Shown in pieces: positions 55,418 to 64,000 of a stretch of 64,000 nucleotides of DNA; position 1 is the first letter of the stretch; every line of letters begins with the position of its first letter. The translations under genes were made by a program, and so were the position numbers. This DNA comes from Parcubacteria group bacterium (GTDB lineage Bacteria > Patescibacteriota > Patescibacteriia > UBA2169): NCBI GenBank assembly GCA_016181765.1, contig JACOYR010000006.1, positions 31,664 through 95,663 of the forward strand, in the 5' to 3' direction. The notes below the pieces were generated by a model that was not told the origin of the DNA, made no database searches, and worked only from the letters and a program-made list of their open reading frames with translations.

Positions 55418-57085
55418 ATGGCCACGCCACAACAGCACACACGGTTTTGGGGCTCTACCAACAGGAGCGCAAAACATACTCTAATTGCAGCAGGACTCGC
55501 CATAATCGCAAGCGCGGTTTTTGCGCTGTCCGGATCCCAGGGAGTAGAGGCAGCTTCTGCACCGATTCTGGCAAGCCCGGAGCAGGGGCAGAGCTTCACC
55601 GCCCCGGCGCCGGTTTTGGCGGGAACCGCGCAGGGAGCGAGCGAGGTATTGGTGTTCATAGATAGTGTACTCAATGGCGCCGCAACAGTCACCGACAGCC
55701 GGTTTTTGTATGTCCCGTTTTTGCCGCTTGGGTCAGGCGGGCATGCTATCCAGCTGCAGGCGCGCGATGCGGCAAGCGGAGAGCTTTCAGAGTTGAGCCT
55801 GGTAACACTCATTACAGTTATCCCGAATCCATCTCCCGCGCTTTTGGTCCCTTCAGAAGGAGCCAAGCTCGGAGCTGACCGCGCATGGGTCGGCGGGGTT
55901 GCGGCTAACGGCTCCTTGGTCCGGATTTTGGTTGACGGGGTTGAGCGCGCCCGCACCCAGGCCAAAGACCACGCATCCGGTACCGCAAGCTTCGGGACAG
56001 AGCTCAAGGGCTTAGGGCTCGGGGAGCACGCCATCACTGCCGTTGCCCGCGATTCCCGCGGAAAAGAGAGCTTCGCGTCACATGCGCTCACCATCAACAT
56101 CCTTCCCCCCACCCCGGCGCCGGTCCTGTTCAGGCCCGTTGTAAACGCTGATTCAGGCATTGAGCGGCCGTTTATCACGGGGATCGCAAAGAACGGATTT
56201 GTGGTCTCAATCGTGGTTGACGGAAAAATTTTGCAGCAGATCCCGCTCGGCCAGGATCCATCCGGGGTTATCAGCTTTGCGTACCAGCCGCGGCTTGCTC
56301 TCGGTTTGGGCAGACACACCATTGAAACGTTCGCGTCTGACCGCGGCAAACTCTCCAATAATTCATTGCCGATTTACTGGCAGGTTGGCGATGCGGTGCC
56401 GAGCGCAGGCATAATTGATGATGAGGAGCCTGTGCCAGCCGAGGAGCCTGCGGCAACAGAGAACCAGGGCGAGGAGCCAAAGTCCCCGATTGCGGTTTCC
56501 GAACCCGAGAAACCAACCCCTTTGACGGTGACTGATCTGCTGGCTGAACCCGGAGAGCCCGAACAGCCGGTTGTTCCGGATGCACTGCCCGAGGCGCCAT
56601 TGGTCCCGCAAACGCCCGCGGGCCGCATTATTGCTGATGACGAGGGCTCACTCGGCGCTGCGGATGGGCCTAAAGAGCTTGCGCAGGCGGACGAAGAGGC
56701 TGGGGCCGAAGACGATGAAGTTACGGAGATTGCGCCAGGGGCCGTGGTGCGGCAGACTGACGGCGCGGCAAGTGAATTTACACTCAACACATCCCTGGTT
56801 ATCGGCATTGTGATCCTTGTATTCCTCTTGCTCTCTATTTTGGTGTGGTACATCCAGGAAAAGCGCTCCCAGCTCGGGGAGCGCGTGGTGAGCATTTTTA
56901 AGGAGGATGATGAGTCCGTAAACGTTAATGTGACCCGTTTGCCCGGGGACAAAGAGGAAAAGAAAGAAGGCGAAAAGAGAAAACCGGATAATACCCCGCC
57001 TCCCCCGGAGTTGCCGCGCTATGACATGCCCCCGCGGTTTGACGGGCCCGATGACCTGCCTCCCCCGCCTCCGCCGATGTTTTGA
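55418..57085 (+). CDS. cell-surface protein with 3-4 Ig-like repeats, Pro/Glu-rich stalk and C-terminal TM anchor
   Basis: Signal peptide TLIAAGLAIIASAVFALSGSQGVEAA; repeats of about 90 aa sharing ...VxGxAxNGSxVxIxVDG...GLGxHxI; C-terminal LVIGIVILVFLLLSILVWYI. Confidence 0.6.
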   Translation: MATPQQHTRFWGSTNRSAKHTLIAAGLAIIASAVFALSGSQGVEAASAPILASPEQGQSFTAPAPVLAGTAQGASEVLVFIDSVLNGAATVTDSRFLYVPFLPLGSGGHAIQLQARDAASGELSELSLVTLITVIPNPSPALLVPSEGAKLGADRAWVGGVAANGSLVRILVDGVERARTQAKDHASGTASFGTELKGLGLGEHAITAVARDSRGKESFASHALTINILPPTPAPVLFRPVVNADSGIERPFITGIAKNGFVVSIVVDGKILQQIPLGQDPSGVISFAYQPRLALGLGRHTIETFASDRGKLSNNSLPIYWQVGDAVPSAGIIDDEEPVPAEEPAATENQGEEPKSPIAVSEPEKPTPLTVTDLLAEPGEPEQPVVPDALPEAPLVPQTPAGRIIADDEGSLGAADGPKELAQADEEAGAEDDEVTEIAPGAVVRQTDGAASEFTLNTSLVIGIVILVFLLLSILVWYIQEKRSQLGERVVSIFKEDDESVNVNVTRLPGDKEEKKEGEKRKPDNTPPPPELPRYDMPPRFDGPDDLPPPPPPMF

Positions 57086-57213
57086 TGAATACACGCCCCG
57101 CTCTTGGAGCGGGGCGTGTTGTTGCGCTTGCCATTTCCCAAAAACGTGCTACCATACCAGTAGGCTAGTTATACGAAAGGTAGACTAGCTATTTTTTCTA
57201 CCTACAAAAGCCT

Positions 57214-58539
57214 ATGTCAAAAGAAGTGCTACAAGCCATCAAAGCCATTTGCGACGAAAAGCACATCTCCGTGGAGAGCGTGCTTTCCACTATTGAGCAG
57301 GCGCTGGCCGCCGCTTTCCGCAAAGACTTCGGGAATCGCATGCAGAACCTGAAGGTTGATTTTAATCCGGAAACCATGGCCATCAAGGTCTATGACGTAA
57401 AAACCGTGGTAGAGGATCAGGAACTGGACGAAGAGGGGAACGTGATCGGCGCAGAAGGCGAGACCATTGAAAAGACGGAAGAGAAGCCCGAAGAGAAAAA
57501 AGAGGGCCAAGCTTCTGCGGCAATTGAGGGCGAAGAGGAAGAAGAGCGGTTCAACCCAAAGACGCAGATTATGATTTCGCAAGCCCGCGAGATTAAGCCG
57601 GGCGCTGAACTCGGCGAGGAGCTGGTGCAGGAGCTTGAGGTTCCGGGCGAGTTCGGCCGCATGGCCGCGCAGACCGCGAAGCAGGTCATTATCCAGCGCC
57701 TGCGCGAGGCAGAGCGCGAGGTCGTGTTCAACGAGTACAAGGACAAAGAGGGAACGCTCATCAACGGCACGATCCAGCGCATTGAGGCGGGCAACGTGTT
57801 GGTTGACATTGGCCAGGCAACGGCCATCATGCCGCCTTCCGAGCAGGTGCGGAGCGAACACTACTCTTCCGGATCGCAGCTGCGCTTTTTCATCAAATCA
57901 GTCGCAACCTCAAGCCGCGGGCCCGAGGTGATTGTTTCGCGCAGCGCGCGCGAGCTGGTGCGCCGATTGTTTGAAATGGAAGTTCCGGAAATCGCGGATG
58001 GTGCCGTGCTCATCAAGTCAATCGCCCGCGAGCCGGGGAGCCGCTCAAAGATAGCGGTTACTACCTCCGCAGATAATGTGGATCCGGTGGGTTCGTGCGT
58101 GGGCCAGCGCGGCACGCGCGTGCAGTTCATCATCAACGAGCTGGGCGGAGAAAAAATTGATATTATTGAGTGGGACGCGGACGACATCCAGTTCATTAAG
58201 AACGCGCTTTCCCCTGCAAAGGTGGCTGATGTTGCTCTGCACGAGGAAGCCCGGACCGCGGAAGCGTTCGTGGCCGCTGACCAGTTTTCTTTGGCCATCG
58301 GCAAGCAGGGACAGAACGTCCGGCTCGCGTCCAGCTTGACCGGATGGAGGATTGATATTAAGCCAGCCCAAGGCGTTGCCGCCCCCGAAGCTCCGGCAAA
58401 GGGGCCCCAAGAGCCCGGAGCGCCGGAAGAGGCTGGAAAAAAAGAAGAGGCCGCACGCTCAAACGGGGAAGCCGAACACGTGGAAGTGCCCAAGCCGGAA
58501 GTGCCCAAGCCAAAGGAGGAACCAACGTCAGATACATAA
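57214..58539 (+). CDS. nusA: transcription termination/antitermination factor NusA
   Basis: N-terminal NusA domain, S1 and two KH domains; acidic insertion. Confidence 0.85.
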   Translation: MSKEVLQAIKAICDEKHISVESVLSTIEQALAAAFRKDFGNRMQNLKVDFNPETMAIKVYDVKTVVEDQELDEEGNVIGAEGETIEKTEEKPEEKKEGQASAAIEGEEEEERFNPKTQIMISQAREIKPGAELGEELVQELEVPGEFGRMAAQTAKQVIIQRLREAEREVVFNEYKDKEGTLINGTIQRIEAGNVLVDIGQATAIMPPSEQVRSEHYSSGSQLRFFIKSVATSSRGPEVIVSRSARELVRRLFEMEVPEIADGAVLIKSIAREPGSRSKIAVTTSADNVDPVGSCVGQRGTRVQFIINELGGEKIDIIEWDADDIQFIKNALSPAKVADVALHEEARTAEAFVAADQFSLAIGKQGQNVRLASSLTGWRIDIKPAQGVAAPEAPAKGPQEPGAPEEAGKKEEAARSNGEAEHVEVPKPEVPKPKEEPTSDT

Positions 58540-58555
58540 TTAAGGGATACCTACT

Positions 58556-60550
58556 ATGTCTACGTATCTTCTTTTTTCACTCGCGTCCTCGGTGCTCGCC
58601 ATTTTTGCGGGTACCGTGCTTGCGGCATGGGTGCTCGGGCGCAAAGCAGGGGACCAAAAAATGCAGGAGATTGCCGTTGCGATCCAGAAAGGATCAAAGG
58701 CGTACCTCAACCGGCAGTACCGGACCATTGCGGTTGTGGCGTTTCTGGCATTTTTCGCGATTGGCTTTGGGCTGTCCTGGAACATGGCGTGGGGCTTTTT
58801 GGTCGGCTCGGTGTTCAGCGCGGTTGCGGGGTATGCGGGCATGAACGTGGCCGTGCGCGCGAACGTGCGGGTTGCGCACGCGGCAAGCCGCGGGCTTTCC
58901 AAGGCAATGGCAGTCGCGGTGCGCGGCGGGGCAGTAACCGGATTTTTGGTTGCGGGCTTGGCCTTGCTCGGCGTTGCCGGGTTCTACTCTTTGAATAAGG
59001 ATGTGAACGCGCTCATCGGCCTCGGGTTCGGCGGGAGCCTTATTTCCATTTTCGCGCGCCTCGGAGGGGGCATCTACACCAAGGCGGCTGACGTGGGCGC
59101 GGATCTTGTAGGCAAGGTGGAAAAGAACATTCCCGAAGACGACCCCCGCAACCCGGCCGTGATCGCGGACAATGTCGGCGACAATGTCGGCGACACCGCG
59201 GGCATGGCCGCTGATTTGTTTGAAACCTATGCCGTAACCATGGTTGCGGCCATGCTCCTTGGCACGCTCCTGTTTCCTGATTTTGAGAATGCGGTCCTGT
59301 ACCCGCTCGTTTTGGGCGGCATATCCCTTATCGCGTCAATTATCGGGCTCTTGTTCGTGCGCCTCGGAAGCCGCGAAAACATCATGGCAGCCCTGTACAA
59401 GGGGCTGGTTGCGACCGGCGTGCTTGCCTCGGCCGGATTTTACTATGCAACGCTCCGGCTCATGGAGGGAAACGGGCACTTTGTGCCGCTGAACGTGTTC
59501 TACGCGGCTTTGGTCGGGCTTGGGGTGACTGCCGGCTTGGTTGCCATTACTGACTACTACACCTCGGACAAGTACGGCCCGGTCAAAGGGATCGCGGACG
59601 CTTCAACCAAAGGGCACGGCCCCAACATCATTGCGGGCTTGGCGGTGTCCATGCGCGCAACCGCCCTGCCGGTGATTGTGATTGCCCTCGGCATCTGGGG
59701 CTCGTACGCGTTCGCGGAGCTCTACGGCATTGCGGTTGCGGCGGTTTCCATGCTCTCGCTTGCCGGCATGATTGTTGCGGTTGACGCGTTCGGGCCCATC
59801 ACGGACAATGCGGGTGGCATTGCGGAGATGGCGGGCCTTCCCGCTGATGTCCGTGACGTTACAGACAAACTGGATTCGGTTGGCAACACCACCAAGGCAG
59901 TCACCAAAGGGTATGCCATCGGCTCTGCGGGCTTGGCCGCGCTTGTCCTGTTCGCCTCATACTCCCAGGAATTTGTCCTGCACGGCAGAGAGCTCCTGTT
60001 CAGGCTCTCTGACCCGCTCGTCATCATCGGCTTGTTCATCGGCGGCCTCTTGCCCTACTACTTTGGCGCCCTGGTGATGGAAGCGGTGTCAAAGACCGCG
60101 GGCAAAGTGGTGGAAGAGGTGCGCCGGCAGTTTAAGGAAATCAAAGGCATCATGGAAGGCCGCGCCAAGCCTGACTACGGCACGTGCGTTGACATTGTCA
60201 CCAAGGACGCCTTGCGGCAGATGTTTGTGCCGGCGCTCATTCCCGTGCTTTCTCCTGTTATCGTTGCCTGGCTCTTGGGGCCGGTTGCCCTGGGCGGCAT
60301 GCTTGTCGGCTCCATTGTTACGGGCTTGTTCGTGGCCATTTCCATGACCACGGGCGGCGGCGCGTGGGACAACGCCAAGAAGCTCATTGAGGCGGGCGCG
60401 CACGGCGGCAAAGGCTCGGAAGCGCATGCGGCCGCGGTCACCGGGGACACGGTTGGGGACCCGTACAAGGATACGGCAGGCCCAGCCATCAACCCCATGA
60501 TCAAAGTGATCAATATTGTCGCGCTTTTGATTGTTGGATTTTTGGTATAG
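58556..60550 (+). CDS. hppA: membrane-bound proton/sodium-translocating pyrophosphatase
   Basis: 664 aa, about 16 TM; [19 protein letters not shown] and DNVGDNVGD motifs. Confidence 0.9.
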   Translation: MSTYLLFSLASSVLAIFAGTVLAAWVLGRKAGDQKMQEIAVAIQKGSKAYLNRQYRTIAVVAFLAFFAIGFGLSWNMAWGFLVGSVFSAVAGYAGMNVAVRANVRVAHAASRGLSKAMAVAVRGGAVTGFLVAGLALLGVAGFYSLNKDVNALIGLGFGGSLISIFARLGGGIYTKAADVGADLVGKVEKNIPEDDPRNPAVIADNVGDNVGDTAGMAADLFETYAVTMVAAMLLGTLLFPDFENAVLYPLVLGGISLIASIIGLLFVRLGSRENIMAALYKGLVATGVLASAGFYYATLRLMEGNGHFVPLNVFYAALVGLGVTAGLVAITDYYTSDKYGPVKGIADASTKGHGPNIIAGLAVSMRATALPVIVIALGIWGSYAFAELYGIAVAAVSMLSLAGMIVAVDAFGPITDNAGGIAEMAGLPADVRDVTDKLDSVGNTTKAVTKGYAIGSAGLAALVLFASYSQEFVLHGRELLFRLSDPLVIIGLFIGGLLPYYFGALVMEAVSKTAGKVVEEVRRQFKEIKGIMEGRAKPDYGTCVDIVTKDALRQMFVPALIPVLSPVIVAWLLGPVALGGMLVGSIVTGLFVAISMTTGGGAWDNAKKLIEAGAHGGKGSEAHAAAVTGDTVGDPYKDTAGPAINPMIKVINIVALLIVGFLV

Positions 60551-60551
60551 T

Positions 60552-61173
60552 ATGGAAAAAACAATCTACCCGTACGTAGCGTGGACATTCCCGGCCACGA
60601 ATGCTTTTTTCCTCAAGTCTGCGCACGGGCTGGATAACATTCCCGCTTGAGTGGGTCTTGGCTGCTCTGGTGTATCGCAAGATCCGCAAGCCCGTGTGGT
60701 ATGTTGCGCGGGATGACTACTGGTGGGGCACATGGTGGACAAAACCTATTAAGAACGCGCTCGCAACGCTCTTGGTTGATTGGCGCAATCCGAGCGCCGT
60801 GCTCAAAGAGGCCGAACGGGTGCTTGAGCAGGGGGGCGTGGTCGGCATGTACCCGGAAGGGACGCGCAACACGGACGCGCGCGCTTTGGCATTGGGCAAG
60901 ACCGGCGTGGCGCGTTTGGCGCTCGCTTCCTCCGCGCCCGTGATACCGGTCGGGTACGCCGGGCCCTCCATTGCAACGGTCTGGGACGTTATCCGGGAGT
61001 TTGCGTTCAAGCGGAATGCCGCCACTCTGTCGTTCGGGCGCGCGGTTGACCTCTCCGCGTGCTACGGCAAGCAGGTCACGCGCGAACTTTTGTACCGCGC
61101 CACGGACGATATCATGGCCGCCATTGGAGCATTGTGCGGAAAGCGGCCCCGCTTGCACGAATACAGCGGGTAG
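60552..61173 (+). pseudogene. PlsC-like lysophospholipid acyltransferase, disrupted (HX4D motif region missing, frame changes at about 60640)
   Basis: ATG at 60552 gives ...LKSAHGLDNIPA then stop at about 60648; downstream frame carries ...KIRKPVWYVARDD... and motif III YPEGTR; no HxxxxD in either frame. Confidence 0.5.
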
Positions 61174-61189
61174 AGTATGCTAGCCATTC

Positions 61190-62473
61190 ATGCAGATTAG
61201 CGAGAACAAACTATCAGCATCGGTTCTTGAATTGGTTTTTGACCTTGAGCGGGGCGACATTGAGCAGGATTTGCAGTGCGCGGCAAAACATATCGCCGAG
61301 CACATTGAGATTCCGGGTTTCCGCAAAGGCACAGCTCCCTATGATGTGCTTGCGCGCCACATCGGCGGGGAAGCAAAGATTTACGAAGAGGCATTGCAGT
61401 CCATTGTAGGCCGCACCCTGGGGGCGGCTGTTCGCGAGCGGAATATGGACGCATCAGGCGAGCCCGACATCAGCATCACCAAGATGGTGCCGCCTTTTGG
61501 TGTTGCCTACAAAGCAGCCATTGTCCTACTGCCGAGCGTTACCTTGGGGGATATTTCAAGCATTACGCTTGAGAAAAAAGAAGTAAAAGCAAGCGATGCC
61601 GAGGTTGAGAAAGTCATCAGTAATTTGCGCGAACTGCACGCCGCAGAAGCCGCAGCGGACCGGCCGGCACAGCACGGCGACCGCGTGGTTTTGGATTTGG
61701 AAGTGAAGCGCGCTAACGCGGCCATTGAGCATGGGGCGTCAAAAGATTTTCCGCTGGTCCTGGGCGAGGGAAGATTCATCCCGGGATTTGAAGAGCAGAT
61801 CATGGGCTTGAAAGCCGGGGACAAGAAAGAATTTGAATTAATGTTTCCGGACGGGTACTACGAGAAGTCTTTGGCAGGCAAGCCTGCGCAGTTTGCGGTT
61901 TCCATCAAACAAGTATTTGAGCGCACTGTACCCGAAATGGATGATGCATTCGCACAAGAGCTTGGCCACAGCCAGACTGCGGATGATTTGCGCACGCAGA
62001 TCCGCGAGAGCCTGCAGTACGAAAAAGAGCGTGAAGAGCGGGAGCGCTTTGAAATGGCGGCCATGGACGAGCTGGTCAGGCGGTCGGAGTTTGGCGAGAT
62101 TCCGGATCAGCTCATTGCACGCGAGGCACGGAAGATGCTCGCCGAGCTTGAGCAGAATGTTGCCCGCCAGGGCATGAAGTTTGAGGATTATCTTGAGAGC
62201 ATCAAAAAGCCAAAAGATGATTTGGCCCGCGAGTTCCGGCCCCAGGCAGAGCATCGGGTCAAAGTCAGCCTGGTGGGCCGCGAGCTCGGCAAGCGGGAAC
62301 AAATCAAGATCAGCGATGATGATGTCGCGCGGGAGCTTGCCATCGCCAAAAAGGCGTATGCATCCCAGCCCGAACTGGCGGCAGAGCTTGAGAGTCCGCG
62401 CTACCGCGACTATGTGCGCAACATGCTGGTGAGCCGGAAAATTTTTAAGGCACTGGCGGAAAAGGTTTCTTAA
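61190..62473 (+). CDS. tig: trigger factor
   Basis: N-terminal ribosome-binding domain, central FKBP-like PPIase segment (...GFEEQIMGLKAGDKKEF...). Confidence 0.85.
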   Translation: MQISENKLSASVLELVFDLERGDIEQDLQCAAKHIAEHIEIPGFRKGTAPYDVLARHIGGEAKIYEEALQSIVGRTLGAAVRERNMDASGEPDISITKMVPPFGVAYKAAIVLLPSVTLGDISSITLEKKEVKASDAEVEKVISNLRELHAAEAAADRPAQHGDRVVLDLEVKRANAAIEHGASKDFPLVLGEGRFIPGFEEQIMGLKAGDKKEFELMFPDGYYEKSLAGKPAQFAVSIKQVFERTVPEMDDAFAQELGHSQTADDLRTQIRESLQYEKEREERERFEMAAMDELVRRSEFGEIPDQLIAREARKMLAELEQNVARQGMKFEDYLESIKKPKDDLAREFRPQAEHRVKVSLVGRELGKREQIKISDDDVARELAIAKKAYASQPELAAELESPRYRDYVRNMLVSRKIFKALAEKVS

Positions 62474-62515
62474 TTATTCCCCCTCCTGTATTGAGGAGGG
62501 GGTTAGGGGGTGGTT

Positions 62516-62770
62516 ATGCCGCAACGCATCACGGTAAAAGTTACGCCACGCTCAAAAGAGAACAAAATTATCGGGCTTAAAGACGGCATCTTGCGCGTGC
62601 GCATTACCGCGCCCCCGGTTGAGGGCAAGGCCAACAGGGCCCTGGTTGAGTTTTTGGCGGACGCGTGGGGAGTTTCCAGGCAAAGCATCCGCATTGTCCG
62701 GGGCGAAACATCGCGTGAGAAAGTTTTGGAAGTTCCGGACAGCATACCTTTACAAAAAGGCATGATTTGA
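62516..62770 (+). CDS. yggU: DUF167/YggU family protein
   Basis: ITVKVTPRSKENKIIGLKDGILRVRITAPPVEGKANRALVEFLAD. Confidence 0.7.
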   Translation: MPQRITVKVTPRSKENKIIGLKDGILRVRITAPPVEGKANRALVEFLADAWGVSRQSIRIVRGETSREKVLEVPDSIPLQKGMI

Positions 62771-62798
62771 TATACTTTTTTTGTCTTAAATATACAAA

Positions 62799-62914
62799 AT
62801 TTCCGTTGGGCTGAGCGAAGCGAAGTTAACGGAAATTTTGAGAGGAAGAGGCGGACGAAAGCCGAAGCAGGCTCGCGCAGTGAGCATGCGGAGGCTGTAG
62901 TCCGACTCTGACGA
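62799..62914 (+). ncRNA. candidate structured RNA element (copy C) 5' of a truncated tRNA-Gly-like sequence
   Basis: atttccg-ttgggctgagcgaagcgaagttaa-cggaaat-tttgagaggaagaggcggacgaaag...ggctgtagtccgactctgacga. Confidence 0.45.
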
Positions 62915-62985
62915 GCGGGTATCGTATAATGGCTATTATGCCACCTTGCCAAGGTGGAGATACGGGTTCAATTCCCGGCTACAGT
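62915..62985 (+). pseudogene. tRNA-Gly(GCC)-like sequence lacking the 3' acceptor strand and CCA (truncated or pseudo-tRNA)
   Basis: First 13 nt identical to tRNA-Gly(TCC) at 7148; anticodon arm ccacc-ttgccaa-ggtgg and T-arm acggg-ttcaatt-cccgg intact; after cccgg comes ctacagtgatgg instead of tacccgc-t-cca. Confidence 0.5.
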
Positions 62986-62995
62986 GATGGTGCGT

Positions 62996-63080
62996 GCCGG
63001 GATGGTGGAATGGTATACACGCGACACTTAAAATGTCGTGCGCTATGCGCATGTGGGTTCGAGTCCCGCTCCCGGCACCA
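62996..63080 (+). tRNA. tRNA-Leu (anticodon TAA), class II
   Basis: Acceptor gccggga/tcccggc, 3-bp D-stem, anticodon stem cgaca/tgtcg loop cttaaaa, variable arm tgcgc-tat-gcgca, T-arm gtggg-ttcgagt-cccgc, CCA encoded. Confidence 0.85.
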
Positions 63081-63087
63081 CATAAAA

Positions 63088-63122
63088 AAAGCAGCCTCGC
63101 ACGGAGCATCGTGCGAGGCTGT
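63088..63122. terminator. bidirectional rho-independent terminator
   Basis: aaaaaaagcagcctcgcac-ggagcatc-gtgcgaggctg. Confidence 0.5.
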
Positions 63123-63144
63123 TCGGCGTACCCGGATACGGGCA

Positions 63145-63915
63145 CTACCATTCGGATGAGCTGAATTCCGTGTGGTGGCCAACACGGAAAAACATGATGA
63201 TGCCGTTGTCGCCCTGTTTCCAGAAGAACCGGTACTCCCTGTTTGAGCGGCTTTCAAAACTTCCTCCCGGAATGCCGGTTATGTCCAGGCCTTGCCGCCG
63301 CTTGGTCTTGAACGAGGAGTATTGCTCCCCATGTGCGGCAAACCGATGTAGCGCTTCAACCACTTCCAGGCGTTCGCGCTCCTGGAGGCCTTGCAGGTCG
63401 CGCAGAAATCGGTCTTCATACTGCATAGCCCTGCCGTCATGTACGGCCTTGGGAAGCCGCGCGCGCAGTTCTTCGCGCTCCTGCGCGCCAGTATCGGTGA
63501 GTTCCAGCTTTTGCGCCAACTCATAGATTCGGCGTCCATCCTCGCCTTGTGTGGCTGTTTGCTCCAGAAGCTCCCAGAGCTTTTTGCCCTCTACCGTGCG
63601 CAGCCTTTCCTTCAGGGTGCGCACTTTTTGTTGGAGGAGCGCTATTTGTTCCTGCGCTTTTTGGAGCGCCCCTGATGCTTGCGCAAGTGTTGCTTCAAGA
63701 GCTCTTTTTTCCCTTTCCACTATCTTTATCCGGCGCATCTGTGCCTCATGGTCGTTTGTTTGTCGGTTGGTTGTTGGATTCAATGTGCGGTACCCATTGG
63801 TATACCAGAATGAATTGGTTGCGTCAACCAATTTGCGCTTTTTGCGTTTTTTAGGTAGGGTTTGATGAGGATTTGCAAAACAACATTCACGCAGTTCATT
63901 GTTAACCGAGGCCAA
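63145..63915 (-). CDS. hypothetical protein: coiled-coil N-part and RelE/ParE-like C-terminal about 90 aa
   Basis: C-terminus ...SFKTKRRQGLDITGIPGGSFESRSNREYRFFWKQGDNGIIMFFRVGHHTEF resembles RelE/ParE core; internal Met (MQYED...) would give a stand-alone toxin-sized product. Confidence 0.35.
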   Translation of the reverse strand: MASVNNELRECCFANPHQTLPKKRKKRKLVDATNSFWYTNGYRTLNPTTNRQTNDHEAQMRRIKIVEREKRALEATLAQASGALQKAQEQIALLQQKVRTLKERLRTVEGKKLWELLEQTATQGEDGRRIYELAQKLELTDTGAQEREELRARLPKAVHDGRAMQYEDRFLRDLQGLQERERLEVVEALHRFAAHGEQYSSFKTKRRQGLDITGIPGGSFESRSNREYRFFWKQGDNGIIMFFRVGHHTEFSSSEW

Positions 63916-63945
63916 GATTTGGCCGGAAAACCGGAGGATTGTGGA

Positions 63946-64000
63946 ATGAACCGAGTAGAGCGGGCGCTCATCAGCGTTTCGGACAAGACCGGCCTCGTGG
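63946..64000 (+). CDS. purH: bifunctional AICAR transformylase/IMP cyclohydrolase, first 18 codons (continues beyond window)
   Basis: MNRVERALISVSDKTGLV matches PurH N-terminus; ggagg SD. Confidence 0.65.
   Translation, partial: MNRVERALISVSDKTGLV

Noticed and set aside
62880-62915. Possible hammerhead ribozyme core in element copy C (GUC + CUGACGAG)
   Set aside because: The CUGANGA core is absent from the other three copies (they read CUACGACGA or CUGUGACGA), and no GAAA or stem II and stem III arrangement fits
62894-62985. Alternative pairing gctgtag (62894) with ctacagt (62979) to rescue the tRNA-Gly-like acceptor stem
   Set aside because: It would give a 92-nt molecule whose interior does not fold as a tRNA. 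gctgtag is part of the conserved leader element, so the complementarity is probably coincidental

Overview
This is a high-GC (about 60%) bacterial window of 64 kb. It is gene-dense on both strands and is mostly housekeeping genes plus three accessory stretches. No rRNA, CRISPR array, transposase or integrase was seen.

Housekeeping genes recognised from motifs: argS (partial), an S11 D-Ala-D-Ala carboxypeptidase, pilT, HU, a YmdB-like phosphoesterase, purN-purD, murB, galU, yebC-ruvC, tyrS, a class A PBP, dciA-like plus dnaN, ftsH, rpsA, gyrA, rpmH-rnpA-yidD-yidC, bactofilin, trxA-trxB, gdh, yraN, nusA, hppA, tig and purH (partial).

RNA genes: eight intact tRNAs — Arg-TCG, Lys-CTT, Gly-TCC, Ser-CGA (minus strand), Ala-GGC, Arg-CCT, Ala-CGC and Leu-TAA — plus one truncated tRNA-Gly(GCC)-like pseudogene.

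Four signals stand out:

1. **A conserved structured element in front of tRNAs.** A ~115-130 nt element occurs four times, always ending exactly at the 5' end of a tRNA gene (7021-7147, 50732-50847, 62799-62914, and 20005-20122 on the minus strand). Its outer hairpin stem differs in sequence between copies but always pairs perfectly, while the loop and flanking single-stranded motifs are conserved. That points to a cis-acting RNA (leader, processing or regulatory) that I cannot assign to any known family.

2. **A pilin-like gene array.** An operon-like block at 21098-27989 holds a solute-binding lipoprotein, a pilin-like protein fused to a Cys-rich domain with M15-peptidase-like motifs, and eight tandem paralogs of small two-TM pilin-like proteins (TrbC/VirB2-type conjugal-pilin architecture). 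The paralogs have hypervariable, Cys-rich ectodomains. Two of them share a roughly 210-bp near-identical direct repeat, one reads through into its neighbour in a shifted frame, and the array contains one copy of a second, 12-bp-stem hairpin repeat.

3. **Local gene decay and horizontal acquisition.** There are frameshifted or truncated yibE/F-like, MFS, GT4 and plsC-like genes. A low-GC island lies at the 3' end of tRNA-Gly. A low-GC cassette (GIY-YIG protein plus proteasome-beta/HslV-like protein) sits after gyrA. Three toxin-antitoxin pairs are present (RelE/Phd, MazEF-like, VapBC).

4. **Recurrent TGnTATACT boxes 6-12 nt upstream of start codons**, suggesting frequent leaderless or short-leader mRNAs.

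Nothing here was searched against databases. Functions are inferred from recognisable motifs and gene order.
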